A stretch of 62,996 nt of DNA, from positions 1 through 62,996 of the forward strand of contig DATGHG010000502.1 in NCBI GenBank assembly GCA_035308185.1. The letters run 5' to 3'. Numbering within the stretch: position 1 is the first letter of the stretch; each line of letters starts with the position of its first letter. The translations under genes were made by a program, and so were the position numbers. This document shows positions 21,242 through 29,724 of this stretch, in pieces. The notes beneath the pieces are model-generated. The model worked only from the letters and a program-made list of their open reading frames with translations. It was not told the DNA's origin and made no database searches. The DNA comes from Thermoanaerobaculia bacterium (GTDB lineage: Bacteria; Acidobacteriota; Thermoanaerobaculia; Multivoradales; UBA5704).

Positions 21242-22178
21242 GACGGGTCCCTTCTCCCGCCGGGTTTTCCCGCGCCGGTTCGCGCTCGCGCGAACCGGCG
21301 GCCGGCGAAAATGTGCCAGCGGCGCCGGACGACGCGGCTCCTGAGGTCGCGCCGGCTGATGCCGCGGTCGCGGCGGCCGGGCCGGGCGCCGTCCCGCCGG
21401 CTTTTCCCAGCTCCTGCCGCAGCGCCTTGCCGGCCAGCCGGGTGACGTAGGTGGTGACCGCGATCGTCGCCAGCAGCCCGACCGCCAGCAGCGCCCAGGA
21501 GGCAGCCTTCGACTGACCGCCGGCCGCCGGCGCGGCGGCGGCGCCGCTGCCGGAGAACGCCGCGGCGAGGCTGCCCGCCGCCTTGCCGTAGTAGACGTAG
21601 AGCAGGGTGCCGGGCAGCATGGCGATGGAGGCGGCGAAGTAATCGAGGAAGCGCACGCGGGTGAGGCCCAGGGCGTAGTTGAGCAGGTTGAAGGGAAACA
21701 CCGGCGACAGCCGCAGCAGGGCGACGATCTTGAACCCCTCGCGGCCGACGGCGCGGTCGATGGCCTGAAAGCGCGGGTTGCCGGCGATCCGGTGCTCGAC
21801 CGCGCCGCGCGCCAGGTAGCGCGAGACCAGGAACGCGAGCGACGCCCCGAGGGTGGCGCCGACCAGGGTGTAGGCGGTGCCGTAGACCAGGCCGAACAGC
21901 GCTCCCGCCGCCAGCGTCAGCACCGCGCCGGGAGCGAAGGCGACGGTCGCGGCGGCGTAGCCCAGGATGAAAACCACCGGCCCCCAGATGCCGAGCCCTT
22001 GCACCCAGGTGGCGAACCGCTGCAAGGGGCCGATCAGGGTGCGGCCGCCGAGCACCAGCACGGCGACCGCCGCCAGCCCGACGACGGCATAGAGCACGAG
22101 CCGGAGGCGCGAGGTGCGGCGCCGCTCGCCGGGACCGGCGGCAGGCGTGGCGCTGGGGTTGGCGGGCATTTCCGGCAT
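21234..22178 (-). CDS. TVP38/TMEM64 (DedA-related) family membrane protein
   Basis: LAAGALFGLVYGTAYTLVGATLGASLAFLVSRYL and LRLSPVFPFNLLNYALGLT. Overlaps the downstream oxidoreductase by 8 nt, a pairing known from other bacteria. Confidence 0.85.
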   Translation of the reverse strand: MPEMPANPSATPAAGPGERRRTSRLRLVLYAVVGLAAVAVLVLGGRTLIGPLQRFATWVQGLGIWGPVVFILGYAAATVAFAPGAVLTLAAGALFGLVYGTAYTLVGATLGASLAFLVSRYLARGAVEHRIAGNPRFQAIDRAVGREGFKIVALLRLSPVFPFNLLNYALGLTRVRFLDYFAASIAMLPGTLLYVYYGKAAGSLAAAFSGSGAAAAPAAGGQSKAASWALLAVGLLATIAVTTYVTRLAGKALRQELGKAGGTAPGPAAATAASAGATSGAASSGAAGTFSPAAGSREREPARENPAGEGTRHA

Positions 22179-22424
22179 GAGCGAGGCTCCTGATCCCTGA
22201 TCTCGGATTCCTGATCCGGATTCCTGATCTCGGACTCCTGATCCCAGATCCCAGATCTCGAATCGCGGTTCATCTCACGGCTACGTGGCCCGCCGGCCGG
22301 ATGGATGGGCGGCGGCCGGCGCCCGGGGCGGCGCGTGAAACCCGGCCATGGCCTTTGACGATGCCATCTTAGCCGAGTCGAGGCGCCTGATGACGCCGGC
22401 GCGGTGCACCACGGATTGTGCATT

Positions 22425-22440
22425 TGGCGCATGTTTTGCC
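22425..22440 (+). promoter_or_regulatory. Candidate sigma-54 (-24/-12) promoter of glnA
   Basis: TGGCGC-ATGTT-TTGCC compared with the consensus TGGCAC-N5-TTGCW. It lies about 83 nt upstream of the glnA ATG. An imperfect palindrome TGCAC-N8-GTGCA lies at 22405-22422. Confidence 0.6.
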
Positions 22441-22522
22441 TGCCATTTTGACGAAATGGTGGTTGCGCTCGGGCGTAAGAGGCCCTATAGTCTGCGCAAC
22501 AGTCACATTCATGGAGACAGCG

Positions 22523-23851
22523 ATGAAAAAAGAGGAAATCCTGAAGGCTGCTGACGGGGAGGCGGTCCGCTTCATGCGGCTTCAGTTCACGGACATCCTG
22601 GGAATCATCAAGAACGTCGAGATCCCGCGCAGCCAGTTCGAGAAGGCCCTGGACGGTCAGATCCTGTTCGACGGCTCGTCGATCGAGGGCTTCACCCGCA
22701 TCGAAGAGTCCGACATGCTGCTGGTGCCGGACCTCAACACCTTCCGGGTCAACCCCTGGTCCAACCCGGACGGCTCGAAGGTGGCGCGGATGATCTGCGA
22801 CATCTACCTGCCGGACGGTTCGCCATTCGCGGGTTGCCCGCGGATGACGCTCAAGCGCCAGGTCGACCGCGCCAAGCAGCACGGCTTCACCATGGTGGCG
22901 GGACCCGAGGCGGAGTTCTTCCTCTTCCAGAAGGACGCCAAGGGCGACGTGTTGATCGAGACCCACGACGTCGGCGGCTATTTCGACCTGACGCCGGTGG
23001 ACCGCGGCGAGGAGTGCCGGCGCGACATCGTCATCGTGCTGGAGGCGATGGGTTTCGAGGTGGAGGCGGCGCATCACGAGGTGGCGCCGGGCCAGCACGA
23101 GATCGACTTCAAGTACGCCGACGCGCTGTCCACCGCCGACAACGTCACCACCTTCCGCTTCGTGGTCAAGCGGGTGGCCCAGGACCACGGCCTGCACGCC
23201 ACCTTCATGCCGAAGCCGATCTTCGGGGTCAACGGCTCGGGCATGCACGTCCACCAGAGCCTGCTGACCAAGGCCGGCGAGAACGCCTTCTACGACGCGC
23301 AGGCGCAGTGGCAGCTCTCCAAGGTGGCGCTCAGCTACATCGCCGGCATCCTCGATCACGCGGTGGGGTTCGCGGCGGTGACCAATCCGCTGGTCAACTC
23401 CTACAAGCGCCTGGTCCCCGGTTACGAGGCGCCGATCAACGTCGCCTGGTCGGAGAAGAACCGCAGCCCGCTGGTACGGGTGCCGGCCAAGCGCGGCATG
23501 TCCACGCGCTGCGAGGTGCGCATGCCGGACCCCGCCTGCAACCCCTACCTGGCGCTGGCGGCGATGCTGGCGGCGGGCCTCGACGGCCTCGAACGCAACC
23601 TCGAGCCGGGCGCGCCGGTCAACAAGAACATTTTCACCATGAGCGCCCGTGAGAAGCGCCGCCTGCGCATCGCGCAGCTGCCGGCCAACCTGAGCGAGGC
23701 GCTCGACGAGCTCGAGCAGGACAGCGTCGTCCGCGGCGCGCTCGGCGACCACATCCTGGAGCACTACCTGCGCGCCAAGCGGCAGGAGTGGGCCGACTAC
23801 ATCTCGCACGTCCACCCCTGGGAGCAGGAGCGCTATCTGTCGGAGTACTGA
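22523..23851 (+). CDS. glnA: Glutamine synthetase type I
   Basis: [84 protein letters not shown]. An alternative ATG is at 22511. Confidence 0.95.
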   Translation: MKKEEILKAADGEAVRFMRLQFTDILGIIKNVEIPRSQFEKALDGQILFDGSSIEGFTRIEESDMLLVPDLNTFRVNPWSNPDGSKVARMICDIYLPDGSPFAGCPRMTLKRQVDRAKQHGFTMVAGPEAEFFLFQKDAKGDVLIETHDVGGYFDLTPVDRGEECRRDIVIVLEAMGFEVEAAHHEVAPGQHEIDFKYADALSTADNVTTFRFVVKRVAQDHGLHATFMPKPIFGVNGSGMHVHQSLLTKAGENAFYDAQAQWQLSKVALSYIAGILDHAVGFAAVTNPLVNSYKRLVPGYEAPINVAWSEKNRSPLVRVPAKRGMSTRCEVRMPDPACNPYLALAAMLAAGLDGLERNLEPGAPVNKNIFTMSAREKRRLRIAQLPANLSEALDELEQDSVVRGALGDHILEHYLRAKRQEWADYISHVHPWEQERYLSEY

Positions 23852-23872
23852 GTTGCGCGGCCTCGGGGAGAG

Positions 23873-25060
23873 GTGATCTACTTGCGCGCCGTGTTGCCGC
23901 GCGATCCGATCCTGCCCTTCTCCAGGCCCGACATTGGCGAGGAAGAGATCGCCGAGGTGGTGGACTGCCTGCGCTCCGGCTGGATCACCACCGGGCCGCG
24001 GGTGGCGCGGCTCGAGAACGAGTTCGCGGCGGCGGTGGGCGCCCGGCACGCCCTGGCCTTCTCGTCCGGCACCGGCGCGCTCCACGCCACGCTGCTCGCC
24101 CTGGAACTCGAGCCGGGCGACGAGGTGGTGGTGCCGGCGCTCACCTGGCCCTCCACCGCCAACATGGTGGTGGCTTGCGGCGGGGTACCGGTGTTTGCCG
24201 ACATCGACCCGTCGACCTGGAACCTCGACCCGGCGGCGCTGGCGGCGGCGGTCGGCCCGCGCACCCGGCTGGTGATCCCGGTACACTTCGCCGGCCTGCC
24301 CTGCGATCTCGATGGATTGCGCGAGGCGCTGGCGGCCGCCGGCAGGCCCGAGGTCGGCATCCTCGAAGATGCCGCACACGCCGCCGGCGCCGCCTACAAG
24401 GGCCGGCCGATCGGCGCCGCCGCGGCGAACGGCACGCTGGCGGCCATTTTCTCGTTCCACCCGATCAAGAACATGACCACCGCCGAGGGCGGCATGGTGA
24501 CCACCGACGACGACCGGCTGGCCGCCGCGATCAAGCTCTGGCGCTTCCACGGCGTGCAGCGCGATGCCTGGCAAGCCTATGCCGCCACCGCGAAGGCGCC
24601 GGCCGGCTACGACGTGGTGCTGCCCGGATTCAAGTACAACCTGAGCGACCTCCACGCCGCGCTGGGCCTGCACCAGCTGCGCAAGCTGCCGGGGTTCAAC
24701 CGCCGCCGGGCGGAGATCGCCGCGTTCTACCGCCGCCACCTGTCCGACCTGCCGGGGTTGCAGATCCCGGGGCGGGCGCAGTACGAGTGCCACCATCCCT
24801 GGCACCTGTTCACCGTCCTGCCGCCCAGCCGCGCACCGTTCATGGAGCGGCTGCGCGAGCTCGGCATCGGCACCGGCCTGCACTTCGAGGCGGTGCACCT
24901 GCACGACTACTACCGCCGCCGCTTCGGCTGGCAGCCGGGCTCGCTGCCGGTCGCCGAAGAGGTCTGCGCGCGCATCGTCTCGCTGCCGCTGTTCCCGGCG
25001 ATGACCGACGACGACGCCGGCGACGTCGTCCTGGCGGTGCGCCAGGCGCTCGCCGCATGA
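23873..25060 (+). CDS. arnB: DegT/DnrJ/EryC1-family aminotransferase (UDP-4-amino-4-deoxy-L-arabinose aminotransferase-like)
   Basis: LPFSRPDIGEEEI, WITTGPRV, FSFHPIKNMTTAEGGMV (PLP-binding Lys). Lies in arn context. The start may be GTG 23891 (better RBS spacing). Confidence 0.85.
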   Translation: MIYLRAVLPRDPILPFSRPDIGEEEIAEVVDCLRSGWITTGPRVARLENEFAAAVGARHALAFSSGTGALHATLLALELEPGDEVVVPALTWPSTANMVVACGGVPVFADIDPSTWNLDPAALAAAVGPRTRLVIPVHFAGLPCDLDGLREALAAAGRPEVGILEDAAHAAGAAYKGRPIGAAAANGTLAAIFSFHPIKNMTTAEGGMVTTDDDRLAAAIKLWRFHGVQRDAWQAYAATAKAPAGYDVVLPGFKYNLSDLHAALGLHQLRKLPGFNRRRAEIAAFYRRHLSDLPGLQIPGRAQYECHHPWHLFTVLPPSRAPFMERLRELGIGTGLHFEAVHLHDYYRRRFGWQPGSLPVAEEVCARIVSLPLFPAMTDDDAGDVVLAVRQALAA

Positions 25061-26079
25061 GCGCGTCGTCCGCCACCGCGGGCAGCTCGCCGCCGGTGGC
25101 TTCGATCGTCATCCCGGTGTTCGACGAGGAGGCCAACCTGGCGGCGCTGTACGCCCGCCTGGCGCCGGTCATGGACGGCATCGCCGGCGGCGCCGAGGCG
25201 ATCTTCGTCGACGACGGCAGCGCCGACCGCTCGCTCGAGCTGCTGCGCGGCCTGGCGGCGGCGGACCCGCGGGTGCGGGTGATCTCGTTCAACCGCAACT
25301 ACGGCCAGCACGCGGCGGTCATGGCCGGCTTCGAGGTCACCCGCGGCGAAACGGTGGTGACGCTCGACGCCGATCTGCAGAACCCGCCCGAGGACATCCC
25401 GAAGCTGCTGGCCAAGGCGGCGGAGGGCTTCGACGTCGTCGGCGGCTGGCGCGCCGACCGCAGAGACACCTGGTTCCGCCGCTGGGCGTCGCGGCAGGTC
25501 AACCGCATGATGCGGCGCGTCATGGCCGGCGTCGAGCTCCGCGACTATGGCTGCATGCTGCGCGCCTACTCGCGGCCGGTGGTCGAGTCGCTGCGACGCT
25601 GCGAGGAGCGCACGCCGTTCATCCCCGCCCTCGCCTGCCAGTTCGCCCGCCGCATCGCCGAGGTGCCGGTCGGGCACGCCGAGCGCGCCGCCGGCGCCTC
25701 GAAGTACTCGCTCTGGCGGCTGCTGCGGCTGCAGGCCGACCTGATGACCGGCTTCACCTCGATGCCGCTACGGTTGGCGACGCTGGCCGGCACCGTGATC
25801 TCGCTGCTGTCGATCGGCTTCGGCGTCTTCCTGGTCATCCGGCGCCTGCTCCAGGGCCCGGAGGCCGAGGGCCTGTTCACGCTCTTCGCCATCCTGTTCC
25901 TGCTGGTCGGGGCGGACTTCCTGGCGCTCGGCGTGCTCGGCGAGTACGTCGGCCGGATCTACGTCGAGGTGCGCCGCCGGCCGCGCAGCGTGGTCAAGGA
26001 AACGATCAACCTCGCCCCCGCGGCCCCTGCGGCCCCCGACGCGGCTCCCGCGGTCCCTGCGGGCGGAGCCGGGCGTTGA
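25057..26079 (+). CDS. arnC: GT2 undecaprenyl-phosphate 4-deoxy-4-formamido-L-arabinose transferase-like
   Basis: The ATG overlaps the arnB TGA (ATGA). VSIVIPVFDEEANL, FVDDGSAD, SFNRNYGQHAAVMAGF, LDADLQNPPEDI, and C-terminal TM helices. Confidence 0.85.
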   Translation: MSASSATAGSSPPVASIVIPVFDEEANLAALYARLAPVMDGIAGGAEAIFVDDGSADRSLELLRGLAAADPRVRVISFNRNYGQHAAVMAGFEVTRGETVVTLDADLQNPPEDIPKLLAKAAEGFDVVGGWRADRRDTWFRRWASRQVNRMMRRVMAGVELRDYGCMLRAYSRPVVESLRRCEERTPFIPALACQFARRIAEVPVGHAERAAGASKYSLWRLLRLQADLMTGFTSMPLRLATLAGTVISLLSIGFGVFLVIRRLLQGPEAEGLFTLFAILFLLVGADFLALGVLGEYVGRIYVEVRRRPRSVVKETINLAPAAPAAPDAAPAVPAGGAGR

Positions 26080-27002
26080 GGGTCCTGTTTTTCGGCTACA
26101 GCCAGCTCGGTTACCGCGCGGTCAGACTGCTGCCGGAGTTGGGGTGCGACGTCGCCGCGGTGGTGACCCATCGCGACGACCCGGAGGAAAACCGCTGGTA
26201 CCGGACGCCGGCGGAGGCGGCGGGCGAGCTGGGCGTTCCCGTCCACGAAGCCGGCGAGCTGGCGGCGGCGCCGGGCGGCCTGGGCGCCTTCGCCGAGCGG
26301 CTCGCCGCGGACCTCGTGCTGAGCGTGTTTTTCCGCGACCTGCTGCCGGCGGCGGTGCTGGCGTCGGCGCGCCTGGGGGCGCTCAACCTGCATCCCTCGC
26401 TGCTGCCCGCCTACCGCGGGCGGGCGCCGATCAACTGGGTGCTGGTGCGCGGCGAGACGCGGACCGGGGTGACGCTGCATCATATGATCGGACGCGCCGA
26501 CGCCGGCGACATCGTGGGCCAGCGCGCCATCGCCATCGCGCCGCGCGAGACGGCGCTGACGCTGTACCGCAAGGTCGAGGAGGAGGGCGTGCGGCTGCTC
26601 GCCGAGATGCTGCCGCGGGTCGCCGCCGGCACCGCGCCGCGGCTGCCCCAGGACGAGTCGCTGGCCAGCCGCTGCGGGCGCCGGCGGCCCGAGGACGGCC
26701 GCATCGACTGGAGCTGGCCGGCGGCGCGCATCGACTGCCTGGTGCGGGCGGTGGCGCCGCCCTGGCCGGGAGCCTTCGGCGAGCTCGAGGGGCGGCGCGC
26801 CTGGATCTACCAGGGGCGGCCGGCTGGTGCGGTCGCCGCGGCGCCGGCGCCCGAGTCGGCGACGGGCGGGCGGCCGGCCCCCGGCACCGTGCGGCGCGAG
26901 GGTGGGCGGGTGTGGATCGCCACCGGCGATGACTGGTACGAGGTGGAGGGGGCGGCGGGCCTGGCCGGGGCGCCGCCCCCCACCGATCCCTTTTCCAAGT
27001 AG
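26076..27002 (+). CDS. arnA: Formyltransferase (ArnA N-terminal-domain-like, separate gene)
   Basis: TTG start overlaps the arnC TGA. NLHPSLLPAYRGRAPINW and GVTLHHM match the Fmt/ArnA formyltransferase motifs. Confidence 0.8.
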   Translation: MRVLFFGYSQLGYRAVRLLPELGCDVAAVVTHRDDPEENRWYRTPAEAAGELGVPVHEAGELAAAPGGLGAFAERLAADLVLSVFFRDLLPAAVLASARLGALNLHPSLLPAYRGRAPINWVLVRGETRTGVTLHHMIGRADAGDIVGQRAIAIAPRETALTLYRKVEEEGVRLLAEMLPRVAAGTAPRLPQDESLASRCGRRRPEDGRIDWSWPAARIDCLVRAVAPPWPGAFGELEGRRAWIYQGRPAGAVAAAPAPESATGGRPAPGTVRREGGRVWIATGDDWYEVEGAAGLAGAPPPTDPFSK

Positions 27003-27062
27003 GCCAGGGTCGGCCCGGTCTCGTGCTGCGAGGGCCGGCGCCAGCCAGAGAGGGCTAGAAAG

Positions 27063-28043
27063 ATGAAAGTTCTGATCACGGGCGGCGGCGGCTTCCTCGG
27101 CTCGCACCTCGGCGACGGCCTGCTCGCCGCCGGCCACGAGGTGATGGCGCTCGACATCGCGCCGGACCTCAAGGTGCGGCACAACGTCGGCAAACCGGGC
27201 TTTCGCTATGTCAAGGGCTCGGTGTTCGACGTCGACCTGATGGAGAGCCTGGTGGTCAAGGCCGACCTCGTCTATCACCTGGCGGCGGTGGTCGGCGTCG
27301 AGCACTACGTCGAGGACCCGATGCACGTCCTCAACGTCAACGTCAACGGCACCCAGAACATCCTCAAGCTCACCCACCGCTACGACAAGCGGCTGGTCTT
27401 CGCCTCCACTTCGGAGGTCTACGGCAAGTCGCGCGACACGCCGTTCCGGGAGGACGGCGACCGGCTGCTGGGCTCGACCGAGATCGACCGCTGGTGCTAT
27501 TCGACCTCGAAGGCGGTAGGGGAGCATTTCTGCTTCGCCTACGGCAAGCTCGGGCTGCCGGTGGTGATCGTGCGCTTCTTCAACGCCTACGGGCCGCGCC
27601 TGGACCGCATCGACGTCGGGCGGGTGATCACCATCTTCATGGGGCAGCTGCTGCGCGGCGAGGATCTGACGGTGATCGGCGACGGCCGGCAGACCCGCGC
27701 CTTCACCTACGTCGACGACGCCGTCCTGGCGCTGATCCGCGCCGGTACTCTGCCCGAGGCGGTGGGGCGCATCTTCAACATCGGCACCGACCGCGAGACC
27801 ACCATCCTCGAGCTCGCCGAGACCATGATCCGCGCCTGTCCGGGGACCGGCTCGAAGGTGAGGCTGGTGCGCCAGGAGGAGGTCTACGGCGACTCTTACG
27901 AGGACATCCCGCGCCGCTTCCCCGACATCACGCGGATGCGCACCATCCTCGGGGTCGAGCCCGGGGTGCCGCTCGAGGAGGGGCTGCGCCGCACCATCGA
28001 CTGGTTCCGCCAGGATCAGGCGTGGAGCCCGCGGCCGGGGTGA
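27063..28043 (+). CDS. arnA: NAD-dependent UDP-glucuronate decarboxylase/dehydrogenase (ArnA C-terminal-domain-like, separate gene)
   Basis: ITGGGGFLGSHL, STSEVYG, YSTSKAVGE, VRFFNAYGPRLD. Confidence 0.8.
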   Translation: MKVLITGGGGFLGSHLGDGLLAAGHEVMALDIAPDLKVRHNVGKPGFRYVKGSVFDVDLMESLVVKADLVYHLAAVVGVEHYVEDPMHVLNVNVNGTQNILKLTHRYDKRLVFASTSEVYGKSRDTPFREDGDRLLGSTEIDRWCYSTSKAVGEHFCFAYGKLGLPVVIVRFFNAYGPRLDRIDVGRVITIFMGQLLRGEDLTVIGDGRQTRAFTYVDDAVLALIRAGTLPEAVGRIFNIGTDRETTILELAETMIRACPGTGSKVRLVRQEEVYGDSYEDIPRRFPDITRMRTILGVEPGVPLEEGLRRTIDWFRQDQAWSPRPG

Positions 28044-28987
28044 GCGCACCGCCGCCGCCGCGGACGGCGCCGCCGGGGCGCGCGCCGCGCGTCGCGCTGA
28101 AGGTCGACGTCGACACCTTCCGCGGCACCCGCGACGGGGTGCCGGCGCTGCTCGCGGACCTGGCGGTGGCGGGGGTCCGCGCCAGCTTCTTCTTCACCCT
28201 CGGCCCCGACAACTCCGGGCGCGCGGTGTGGCGGGTCTTCCGCAAGCGCGGTTTCCTGGCCAAGATGCTGCGCACCAACGCCGCTCGCATGTACGGGTGG
28301 CGCACCGCGCTCTACGGCACGCTGCTGCCCGCTCCCGAGATCGGCCGCCGCTGCCGCGCGGTGCTGGCTGCGGTCCAGGCCGCCGGTCACGAGGTGGGCC
28401 TGCACGCCTGGGACCACGTCGCCTGGCAGGACCGCCTGCAGCGGATGTCCCGGGCGGCGATCGACCAGCAGCTCGACCGCGGCATCGCCGCCTTCGTGGC
28501 GATCTTCGGCGCGCCGCCGCGGGGCTTTGCGGCCCCCGCCTGGTTCTGCACCGACGAGGGCTTCGCGGCGCTGGACGCCCGGGGCTTCGACTACCTTTCG
28601 GTGTCCCGCGGCGTCGCGGCGCCCTTCTACCCGCGGGTGGGTGGCCGCGTCCTCGCCACGCTGGAAGTCCCCACCACCCTGCCGACCCTCGACGAGGAGC
28701 TGGGCCGCGACGGCATCCATGCCGGGAATTACGTGAACCGCCTGGTCGCCCGCTACCGCCCCGGCCGTGACGAGGTGCTGACCGTCCACGCCGAGACCGA
28801 GGGCCTGGCCCACCGCGGGCTGTTCCAGGAGCTGCTGCGCCGTCACCGCGAGCTGGGAGTGGAGACCCGCACCGTCGGCGAGCTGGCGGCGGCGGCGCGC
28901 GGGACGGCGGGGGAGGGCGGCGTCGGGTTAGGCGAGGTGCCCGGGCGCGCCGGGAAGGTGGTGGTGGCGGGCCCTCGTGACAGTTGA
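28040..28987 (+). CDS. arnD: Polysaccharide deacetylase-family 4-deoxy-4-formamido-L-arabinose-phosphoundecaprenol deformylase-like
   Basis: GTG 28040 overlaps the preceding TGA. LKVDVDTFRGTRDGVP, FFFTLGPDNSGRA, GLHAWDHVAWQ. Confidence 0.8.
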   Translation: MSAPPPPRTAPPGRAPRVALKVDVDTFRGTRDGVPALLADLAVAGVRASFFFTLGPDNSGRAVWRVFRKRGFLAKMLRTNAARMYGWRTALYGTLLPAPEIGRRCRAVLAAVQAAGHEVGLHAWDHVAWQDRLQRMSRAAIDQQLDRGIAAFVAIFGAPPRGFAAPAWFCTDEGFAALDARGFDYLSVSRGVAAPFYPRVGGRVLATLEVPTTLPTLDEELGRDGIHAGNYVNRLVARYRPGRDEVLTVHAETEGLAHRGLFQELLRRHRELGVETRTVGELAAAARGTAGEGGVGLGEVPGRAGKVVVAGPRDS

Positions 28988-29048
28988 ATCGAGGCGCTGG
29001 CCTGGTGAGACGATCGTTCGAGGGACTAAGGGAATCAGTTGGTTCTCG

Positions 29049-29077
29049 TTGACAGGAAAGATCTCCCATGCTAACTT
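29049..29077 (+). promoter_or_regulatory. Candidate sigma-70-type promoter of the TIR/ATPase pair
   Basis: TTGACA (29049-29054), a 17-nt spacer, then TAACTT (29072-29077). It lies 34 nt upstream of ATG 29111, in an AT-richer gap. Confidence 0.4.
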
Positions 29078-29110
29078 ATGTAAAGCCTACTCTATATCGG
29101 AGCGTGCGGC

Positions 29111-29719
29111 ATGCCCTGTGTGTATCAGCACGATTTCTTCGTCAGCTACTCGCATATCCCTGGGGTGAACCTGCTCAGCGAGTTCGTCGCCGAGCTCGTC
29201 AGAGAGATCCGCTATCAGCGAGTCGGCGATCGACTGGACGAGCCGGTTTACCTGGATCGACAGCGCCTGCAACCAGGCTTCGTTTGGAAAAGCGAGCTAT
29301 CGAGGGCGCTGTGCCATAGCCGCTGCATGTTAGCGATCTACACAGATGACTATTTCTCACGTGACTATTGCATCCGCAAGTGGGACGCCATGGTCACTCT
29401 CGAGACCCAGCGGATCGGTGGCACGTCTCGCCGCATGATCATTCCGATTCTGCTGCGCTGCGCCAATGATCAGGGCGAGCCGGCGCTCCCCGCGCGGATG
29501 CGCGAGCTCCAGTACGAAGATTTTCGCTCCATCGTGGCGCCAAAGCAGCAATTCGCCACCATCAAGACAAAGAACAAGGTGGCGACGTTGCTCAGACGCA
29601 TCGATGACCTGAAGCGTCGCTCCAAGGATCCCAGCGTGGACTGCGACAGCTTCGAGGCTTTCCTGGTTTCTACTCCTCAGCCGGCCCCCGCGGAGGCCTT
29701 CGGCGGGAGCTGGGGCTGA
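29111..29719 (+). CDS. TIR-domain protein (202 aa)
   Basis: The beta-A signature DFFVSYSH sits at residues 8-15. BB-loop-like YLDRQRLQPGF. Beta-C/alpha-C region CMLAIYTDDYFSRDYCIRKW. Composition is lower in G+C than the flanks. Confidence 0.8.
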   Translation: MPCVYQHDFFVSYSHIPGVNLLSEFVAELVREIRYQRVGDRLDEPVYLDRQRLQPGFVWKSELSRALCHSRCMLAIYTDDYFSRDYCIRKWDAMVTLETQRIGGTSRRMIIPILLRCANDQGEPALPARMRELQYEDFRSIVAPKQQFATIKTKNKVATLLRRIDDLKRRSKDPSVDCDSFEAFLVSTPQPAPAEAFGGSWG

Positions 29720-29724
29720 CATTC

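Noticed and set aside
22188-22265. Whether the short repeat arrays here, and at 43204-43240 and 51556-51590, could be CRISPR arrays.
   Set aside because: The periods are only 7-18 nt, there are no unique spacers of CRISPR size, and no cas genes are present.
22034-28049. Very long minus-strand ORFs (22034..24904, 956 aa; 25959..28049, 696 aa; and similar).
   Set aside because: They are antisense shadows of glnA, arnB and the arnC-arnA genes. They have no family motifs and low-complexity Arg/Gly/Pro/Ala composition, while the plus-strand genes have unambiguous signatures.
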